Assembly: GCA_026986575.1 (NCBI GenBank)
Contig: JALSOH010000006.1
Coordinates: 192,001-256,000 of the forward strand
DNA length: 64,000 nt
Direction of reading: 5' to 3'
Source: Thermoproteota archaeon
GTDB taxonomy: Archaea; Korarchaeota; Korarchaeia; Korarchaeales; Korarchaeaceae
Within the stretch, counting starts at the first letter, position 1. Each line of letters opens with the position of its first letter. Both the position numbers and the translations under genes were made by a program. Below, one piece after another: positions 58,121 to 64,000 of the stretch. The notes beneath the pieces are model-generated. The model ran no database searches, had not been told where the DNA came from, and saw only the letters and a list, made by a program, of their open reading frames with translations.

Positions 58121-58481
58121 TCAAATTCCTTACATTAGAGTCAAGTTTTACAATCCGCTCAGCGGGAAAGTATATCCAGAATTGGGGGAGGAGTGGGGTG
58201 TCCTCGATACAGGATATGAAGGCTTCGCTCTGGTACCAAGCGAAGTTCTCCACAAGCTAAGTATAAGGCCTTCAACCGAGAGGCACTTGGTTCTACCGGA
58301 TGGCAGAGTCATCAAATCTATGGGAGGGTATTCCACACTTATCTCAGGCGACTACGAGGTTGATGGTCTGCTGGAGAGCTATAAGGGGTTAAACGAGATC
58401 ATAATAGGTGGAGAAGCTCTGGAAAGGGCTAGAGTGGAGATAGACTACTGCATTAAGTCCGTAACAGTGATTAGGTGCTGA
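58107..58481 (+). CDS. Clan AA (retropepsin-like) aspartic protease
   Basis: LDTGYEG catalytic motif and IIIG..AL. Confidence 0.8.
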   Translation: MSVVDQIPYIRVKFYNPLSGKVYPELGEEWGVLDTGYEGFALVPSEVLHKLSIRPSTERHLVLPDGRVIKSMGGYSTLISGDYEVDGLLESYKGLNEIIIGGEALERARVEIDYCIKSVTVIRC

Positions 58482-58519
58482 TTCCCCACCTCATCATAGT
58501 TCATTTCAGCGGATAACTA

Positions 58520-59950
58520 TCAGGAAAGTTCAACTCCCCGCTGCACCACCTTCCCTGTCACTTCGGGGGAGCTGTACACGTATCTTATCCCGAAGAGCTT
58601 CGAGAGGTCCCTGTTAAGGGCGCCTACATCCTCCCTAGATAGCCTGTCCATGTAGTACTTTCCTAGGGCGGAGGTGAGCATCTTGACCTCGTTCTCCACG
58701 CTCTTCAGGTAGTTCACCACACCCTTGGTGCAGCTCTCTCCCCTTACCCCCCATCTCAGGGCCATCTTACCTAGTTCCCTCAGCAATGGATTCCTGAAAA
58801 GTTCCCTCCTTATGAAAGTAGGGGCGAAGGGTATGCTTCCCAAACAGGCGTACACCAAGGGCCTGCCGAACGCCACCGCGCTGGCTCCTAACGCTAGGGA
58901 CTTGACCACATGGGAGCCGTCGTACAGCCTGCCCGAAATTATGAGGCTGGTCTTTACCCTCTTGTCCCTCGCCCTCGCGATGGCCCCTAGGCAGGCCACG
59001 GTGGGGAGGCCTAGGTCCCTCATGCCCGCTATGGGGCTCATCCCAGTCCCTCCCTCCTTCCCATCTATCGTTATGGCGTCCACTCCCTCCCTGCTTGCTA
59101 TCTCTATCACTCTGTCCAAGTCCCTGTAGGGCCCGGTCTTCAGGAACACCTTCACTCGGGGGAAGTTGTTCTTTATCAGCCTGATCTGACTGGCCAGTAT
59201 GTCTTCGGTGAATGTTCCAGGTGCTGAATGCCTCTCGTAGTAGTCCTTGACCTCCTTCTCCGGATCCTCCGGTATGTAGTAATGGTCCTTTATCCTCAAA
59301 GCCACCTCCCTGCTGACCAGTACCTCTCCTCCTAAGCCGGGCTTGGCGCCCTGCCCTGCCTTGATCTCGAAGGCTATCAATCCCTTCTCCACGTACTGAT
59401 CGAAGTCCGGATCCGTGTAGACCTTCTCCCAGAGCTTCATGTTCTCGTCCTCAACGCTCTGCTGTATGACGAGCCCTCCATACCCGTCTTTCAGGTTCTC
59501 CAAGTAGGCTAGGGCCCTCTCCTTGAATGATGGCTGGTCAGTGAGCCTCTCATCGTATCCCCTGATGGCGGCTATGTTCTCCCCCAAAGAGTAGACGACG
59601 CCCATCTCGGCGCATCCCCTAGCTATCTTGGGCCCTATCAGGTTGGCGATGTGCGTGCCCCCCATGGCGGCGCAGACGACGGGCATTCTCACCCTGAACC
59701 CGCCCACGGAAGTCTCTGTACTCACATCCGTGTAGAGGGGTTCCCTGAGTAACTCAATGCCCTTCTCGAGCCTCTCAGGCGTGAACTGAGGAGGAAGCAG
59801 AACTATGTCATCCAGAAGGAGGAACCTCCTCGGCTTCGTATAAACGTCAGCTCCAAATACATTGTAACCGAACTCGTCCTTGGGGGGATATACAGCTTGC
59901 TCACCCAGCTTGGCCCTCCTGAATATCTCATCTATCGGGTAGTCCGTCAT
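58520..59950 (-). CDS. Stand-alone FMN-binding glutamate synthase family protein
   Basis: EIKAGQGAKPGLGG, IDGKEGGTG.SP and VVKSLALGA; no GATase domain and no 3Fe-4S Cys triad. Confidence 0.85.
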   Translation of the reverse strand: MTDYPIDEIFRRAKLGEQAVYPPKDEFGYNVFGADVYTKPRRFLLLDDIVLLPPQFTPERLEKGIELLREPLYTDVSTETSVGGFRVRMPVVCAAMGGTHIANLIGPKIARGCAEMGVVYSLGENIAAIRGYDERLTDQPSFKERALAYLENLKDGYGGLVIQQSVEDENMKLWEKVYTDPDFDQYVEKGLIAFEIKAGQGAKPGLGGEVLVSREVALRIKDHYYIPEDPEKEVKDYYERHSAPGTFTEDILASQIRLIKNNFPRVKVFLKTGPYRDLDRVIEIASREGVDAITIDGKEGGTGMSPIAGMRDLGLPTVACLGAIARARDKRVKTSLIISGRLYDGSHVVKSLALGASAVAFGRPLVYACLGSIPFAPTFIRRELFRNPLLRELGKMALRWGVRGESCTKGVVNYLKSVENEVKMLTSALGKYYMDRLSREDVGALNRDLSKLFGIRYVYSSPEVTGKVVQRGVELS

Positions 59951-61032
59951 GGCGAGTGCACCCCCGGTATCTTGGGAGCCGGTCTGGCGAGGTGCACGGA
60001 CGGGAGATCACAGATGTACTTCACCAACCTCTCCATTCCTATGCCGAATCCAGCCGTTGGCTTCCCGTGATCGCGGAGGAACTGGAGGTACCAGCGGTAA
60101 AGCTCGGGGTTCTCGTTGGTCTCCCTCATCCTAGCGAAAACCCTCGACACCTCGTACTCTCTCGCCGCACCCGAAGAGAGCTCCCCGTGACCTTCCGGAG
60201 CGAGCAGGTCAAAGTCCATCAGTATACCTGGCTTGTCAGGGTACTCGCGGTCGTAGAAGCCCCTCGCCCCCCTCGGGTAATCATGAATGAAGAAGGGTCG
60301 CTTATGTATCTTGGACAGGTACCACTCCCACTCCCAGGGAATCTCGGCCTTGAAACTGAGCCTGTCTTGGGGTCTTCTGACGCCGAACCTTCTCTCCAGA
60401 TCTTTGATGACCTTGTCATCCTTAGCATGCTCCATTAAAAGCTCTACCGCTTCCCTATGGGTCATCCTCTTCAAGGGGAGCTTCACATCTGGTAGGCTCT
60501 TCCTCTCAGAGCCGAAGAACTCCCATATCTTTCGGAGACGGTTCTCGTACTTTTTCATCTCATCGATAACGTGCTTGAGCAGCCTCTCCGCTATCTCCAT
60601 CACTTGGAAGTGGTCCGCATCCCTGACCTCCAAGTCTATCTGGACGAACTCCACGAGGTGGCGCCCGGTCTTGGCAGCGTCTATCGGCTCATGCCTCAGG
60701 TTGGGGTAGAAGAAGTAAATCTTACCCTCCTCCATTGCCGCAGCCAGAAGCTGCTTGTACAGGATACCGCTCCTCATTAACCTGTACTCCCTTCCGTAGT
60801 AGGGGATCCGGAACTCGAACGCGCCTCTCGTGCCGGGATCCGTTACTGGACCGACCATTATTGGATCGAACTCCACGAAACCCTCTCCATCCAAGAAGTC
60901 CCTCATGGCCTTGGCTATGAGGTGCCTGAATCGGTAGACTTCCTGCATGACGGGATGGCTCACTATCCTGAATATGTCTTCGGCGAAAGCCTGGGGTTCG
61001 AGGGGGAGCTCGAGCTTCTGGGACATGATCAT
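59947..61032 (-). CDS. asnA: Archaeal asparagine synthetase A (AsnRS catalytic-core paralog without anticodon-binding domain)
   Basis: PVTDPG, S.ILYKQ, PNLR.E, RHL.EF.Q.D.E, ELSSG..REY and AGFGIG.ER; start ATG at 61032 or 61026. Confidence 0.85.
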   Translation of the reverse strand: MIMSQKLELPLEPQAFAEDIFRIVSHPVMQEVYRFRHLIAKAMRDFLDGEGFVEFDPIMVGPVTDPGTRGAFEFRIPYYGREYRLMRSGILYKQLLAAAMEEGKIYFFYPNLRHEPIDAAKTGRHLVEFVQIDLEVRDADHFQVMEIAERLLKHVIDEMKKYENRLRKIWEFFGSERKSLPDVKLPLKRMTHREAVELLMEHAKDDKVIKDLERRFGVRRPQDRLSFKAEIPWEWEWYLSKIHKRPFFIHDYPRGARGFYDREYPDKPGILMDFDLLAPEGHGELSSGAAREYEVSRVFARMRETNENPELYRWYLQFLRDHGKPTAGFGIGMERLVKYICDLPSVHLARPAPKIPGVHSP

Positions 61033-61235
61033 CTCGCTGTCATCCCAACCGACAATAAAAAAGTTACTATCAGTATGACTTCTACTAATGAAATAATAGG
61101 TATAAAAGACTATAAACTCACAGCTATCAGGTATAATATCCAACTAGATACGATAAATGGGGTCGAACTAACTTTATAAAAGAGAGCTTTCGATATATCG
61201 CTATACTAATATAGGTATAGGGCTATAGAGATCGA

Positions 61236-61469
61236 ATGATGGGTAAAGTAATCTCGGTTAGGGAGGACACTTACAGGAGGCTCAAATCTCTCAAGGAGAG
61301 ATTGAGGGCTAAAAGCCTGGGTGAGACCATAGACAGGCTTATAGACGAATATCTGAAGAGGAAGAGGGAAAGACTGAAGGATCTCGTCAGGAGCTCGAGA
61401 CTGAGTGAGGAAGAGGCCGATAAAGTTGAGGAGATCGTCAAAGAGGTCGAGGCACGTGAGTGGTGGTAA
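61236..61469 (+). CDS. vapB: VapB-type antitoxin (DUF217-like)
   Basis: KVISVREDTYRRLKSLK...SLGETIDRLI. Confidence 0.85.
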   Translation: MMGKVISVREDTYRRLKSLKERLRAKSLGETIDRLIDEYLKRKRERLKDLVRSSRLSEEEADKVEEIVKEVEAREWW

Positions 61470-61848
61470 CGTCGTTTTGGACACATCCTTCCTGATCGAA
61501 CTGCTGGACAGAGGCCGGGAAGAACTCGTTGATCTGATCGCCGAGTATGAAAGGATAATGATCCCTTGGGTGGTGGCCTACGAATATCTCTTCGGCCACT
61601 ATCTGGCTAGAGGACCTGATGCAGCAATGGGTAGGAAGGATCTACTTCACGAAATTGGGATGATCGTGGAACCAGACCAAGACATCCTGGTCAGGGCCTT
61701 AGAACTTGATACCAAGCTGAGGAGGAAGGGAAGACCGATACCCTTCAGCGACATCTTGGTGGCCGCCACCGCGTCCGTTTCAGGATCGGACCTAGCCACC
61801 ATGGATAGGAAGCACTTCGACGGACTCAGGATCAGGTTGATCCCCTGA
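61456..61848 (+). CDS. vapC: PIN-domain toxin
   Basis: VLDTSFLI, YEYL.G, DILVAATA and T.DRKHF; likely start GTG at 61456. Confidence 0.9.
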   Translation: MSGGNVVLDTSFLIELLDRGREELVDLIAEYERIMIPWVVAYEYLFGHYLARGPDAAMGRKDLLHEIGMIVEPDQDILVRALELDTKLRRKGRPIPFSDILVAATASVSGSDLATMDRKHFDGLRIRLIP

Positions 61849-61888
61849 CGATCTCCTGAACTGTCTCGAGATCTACTCAAGGATTGTA

Positions 61889-62305
61889 TTAGAGGCCTAG
61901 TTCTCTGAAGGGTCTCATGCCCCATGATTCAGGAGTCACCACGTAGATGGTCAGCAGCTGCAACAGGCTAGCTATCAATATCAGCAGGAAAGCCCTGACC
62001 CAGCTTGTGTCGTACCAGTACTTAGCAACCAGCGTCCACACCAACAGAACTGAGGCTACTCCGAAGAGGGACGGTAGCGGCAGTGGACGCACCGAGACCA
62101 CTCTCACGACGGTGAGGTAGGCGAGGCCGGACAGGAAGTTGCCCGCGACTACGAGGCCCATCAGGGAGAGAAAGCCCTTCCTCTCCCCCATGACGAATAT
62201 CTGAGCAACCCAGAAGTAGAAGGCTTGGGCGGCTATGGATAGGAGAGCAGCTAGGATGAAACCCATTATCCCAAAGAAGGCTCCGCCTACGGCATGAGGA
62301 ACCAT
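61889..62305 (-). CDS. Hypothetical membrane protein (about 4 TM)
   Basis: Hydrophobic ORF filling the space between vapC and the next operon. Confidence 0.65.
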   Translation of the reverse strand: MVPHAVGGAFFGIMGFILAALLSIAAQAFYFWVAQIFVMGERKGFLSLMGLVVAGNFLSGLAYLTVVRVVSVRPLPLPSLFGVASVLLVWTLVAKYWYDTSWVRAFLLILIASLLQLLTIYVVTPESWGMRPFRELGL

Positions 62306-62437
62306 TTCCGGTCACCATGGTAGAGTCCATACCGTCCATTTAAGGACAGAGGGCGCCCTCACGGCGCCTACCACTCACTCCGAGTGGCGAACCCTCCTGA
62401 GGAAAACTTTAGTAGTCTGACGAAAACACGAATACCT

Positions 62438-62806
62438 ATGGGACATCTGGAACAAATCGAGGAGATACTGAGGGAGGAAGGGATCAACTACAGAAGGGTA
62501 GAGCAGGCCATCATTGCATCTTTCCGGGAGGGCGAGATCTCCTACAACGTCATCGTTCTGGCTGATGAGGACATGACCGTGATCGTGGGGAGGACCGATC
62601 CACCCCTCATCCCCACTGCCGAGATGGCCAAACTGCTGCTGGAGGAGAATTTCAAGATGAACTTCGCTTCCTACCAGCTGAGCGAAGATAATGAGGTCAT
62701 AGTGACATCCTTCCTAAGGAGCGAATGCATAGGGGAGTCCTTTAAGAGGAACTTCTACATAACGCTCACGTTCTTACGAAAATTGGGTGAGAACCTTGCT
62801 TCTTGA
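62438..62806 (+). CDS. YbjN-like (T3SS-chaperone fold) protein
   Basis: IEEILREEGINY...LLEENF.....YQL pattern; ATG at 62438 follows a TTTAGTA box. Confidence 0.55.
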   Translation: MGHLEQIEEILREEGINYRRVEQAIIASFREGEISYNVIVLADEDMTVIVGRTDPPLIPTAEMAKLLLEENFKMNFASYQLSEDNEVIVTSFLRSECIGESFKRNFYITLTFLRKLGENLAS

Positions 62807-63206
62807 TGAGATAGAGTCCATGCTCAGGAGCGCCGGGCTGACCCCCCTCAGGGAGGAGGGCATGCTCGTGCTCATGATAGGGGAGGAAGGGAGGGATGTG
62901 GTCATCTACATAGTTGCCGAGGAGGAGAGGGGTGTCGCTTACGTTCTGGCCACTGCCTACCCACCCCTTAAGGCGGAGGGAAGGGAACTGGATCTCATGA
63001 GAGCCTCTTGGGACCTCGTGGACAAGGGAATACCGTGCAAGGTCGCTGTGGACAGGGGCTCCGCAGTAGTGGAGATGGACTTGGACAGGTGCCACCTGAA
63101 GAAGGACTACCTCCTCGAGAGCATATACTACGTGGCGGAGAGCATGCTGACCCTCTTGGAAAGGATGACCCATGTTGGTGAAGGTTCGAGTGATACCGAG
63201 GGCTAA
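62787..63206 (+). CDS. Second YbjN-like protein
   Basis: IESMLRSAGL...LMRASW.....KVAVD pattern with similar size and layout to the upstream gene. Confidence 0.5.
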   Translation: MRTLLLDEIESMLRSAGLTPLREEGMLVLMIGEEGRDVVIYIVAEEERGVAYVLATAYPPLKAEGRELDLMRASWDLVDKGIPCKVAVDRGSAVVEMDLDRCHLKKDYLLESIYYVAESMLTLLERMTHVGEGSSDTEG

Positions 63207-63390
63207 GAGGGAGGAAGTCATCCCCGAGGGCGACTCCCTCGTGGTCAAGGTCAGGGAGCCTCCCGAAGGGGGAAGGGCCAACGGGAGAGTAATAGAACTT
63301 CTGGCCAAGCATTTCGGCGTGCCCAAGTCCCATGTGGAGATTGTGAGGGGTCACAGGTCTAGGGAGAAGCTGGTGAAGGTGGGCGAGTGA
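63172..63390 (+). CDS. DUF167 (YggU/UPF0235) protein
   Basis: VRVIPRAK, PPEGGRAN and G.RSREK. Confidence 0.9.
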   Translation: MLVKVRVIPRAKREEVIPEGDSLVVKVREPPEGGRANGRVIELLAKHFGVPKSHVEIVRGHRSREKLVKVGE

Positions 63391-64000
63391 ATGAATGCCC
63401 TCGTGGAAGCAGCCTTGGCGGGTTTAGCGCCCTCGAGTAAGAGGAAGTACAGGCCAGTTTTCACCTCCTTCTTAGAGATGGTGCCATTAGAGGAAGCTAA
63501 ACCTATTCATGTGAGGATATGGGCCTCTAAGAGAGAAGAAAAGGTGAGCAGGCGTACCTTGAAGCAGCAGCTCTATATGCTCTCGAGACTCTTCAATGTG
63601 GCAGGGAGAAAGGACTTGAGCGAGGAGGCTAGGGCCCTCGCGAAGGAGATAAGGGTTCCTCCTCCTCTTCCGAAGGTTAACGAGGATCTTCTGAAGACTT
63701 ATGAGGAGATAGATGAAATACTTTTGACGGCTAAACCCCTCCAGAGGGCGGCAATAATGATGCTAGCAGAGACTGGCATGAGGGTGGGCGAACTGGTCTC
63801 GTTAAGATGGGAGGATGTGGACCTAAACGGGAAGAGGGCTAGGGTGAGGGGTAAGGGAGGAAAGTTCAGGTACGTTTACTTCACCGAGCGCACCGCCGAA
63901 CTGTTGAGGGAGCTACCTAGGAATGGGAACGAGAGGATCTTCCCGGTGACGGATCGCACCATAAGGAGGTGGGTCTCCGAGCTGCTGAAGACCCATCCCC
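63391..64000 (+). CDS. Tyrosine recombinase (XerA/integrase family), truncated by the window edge; not in the ORF track
   Basis: Manual translation from ATG 63391 gives ...LAETGMRVGELVSLRWEDVD...VRGKGGKFRYV...KTHP, with catalytic Arg and Lys; it ends just before the expected HxLR. Confidence 0.9.
   Translation, partial: MNALVEAALAGLAPSSKRKYRPVFTSFLEMVPLEEAKPIHVRIWASKREEKVSRRTLKQQLYMLSRLFNVAGRKDLSEEARALAKEIRVPPPLPKVNEDLLKTYEEIDEILLTAKPLQRAAIMMLAETGMRVGELVSLRWEDVDLNGKRARVRGKGGKFRYVYFTERTAELLRELPRNGNERIFPVTDRTIRRWVSELLKTHP

Noticed and set aside
58482-58525. Possible C/D box sRNA on the minus strand (CTGA...ATGATGA)
   Set aside because: No terminal D box at guide distance
61033-61143. N-terminal extension of AsnA in the ORF track
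   Set aside because: AT-rich promoter-like DNA with no family similarity; the real start is probably 61032 or 61026
135-63354. Numerous antisense or alternate-frame ORFs in the track (e.g. 290-769, 8374-9090, 22561-23241, 38581-39099)
   Set aside because: They overlap well-supported genes, have no motifs, and are expected shadows of GC-rich coding DNA

Overview
A 64 kb chromosomal segment from a fairly GC-rich archaeon. Evidence for this is BRE/TATA promoters, GGTGA/GGAGG ribosome-binding sites, AGG/ATA codon preference and an archaeal gene set; it is probably a thermophilic TACK lineage such as Korarchaeia, which is an inference. Housekeeping content: a divergent succinyl-CoA-synthetase-like operon with an internal ferredoxin, lysC-asd, dcd, class II ribonucleotide reductase with cobalamin adenosyltransferase, an 11-subunit complex-I-like operon (nuoABCDHIJKMLN, no EFG), carAB (carA frameshifted), pyk, pyrFEBIKC (no pyrD), purA, icd, argGH, tupABC, and an archaeal AsnA paired with a stand-alone glutamate-synthase FMN domain. 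Six toxin-antitoxin modules (two decaying) plus one TA-like pair are interspersed, and a tyrosine recombinase runs off the right edge. I saw no tRNA, rRNA or CRISPR array. The four strongest unexplained signals are: (1) a free-standing, promoter-preceded, multi-helix, possibly pseudoknotted RNA-like element at about 31835-32008 that matches no RNA family I recognise; (2) an AT-rich synonymous-codon patch centred on the empty RIR1-b intein site of nrdJ; (3) a solitary AT-rich membrane/Nudix-like gene that appears inserted at the pyk start codon with a short duplication; (4) diverged ~100 bp repeats bracketing a TA module. All calls come from motif recognition by eye; no database searches were run.
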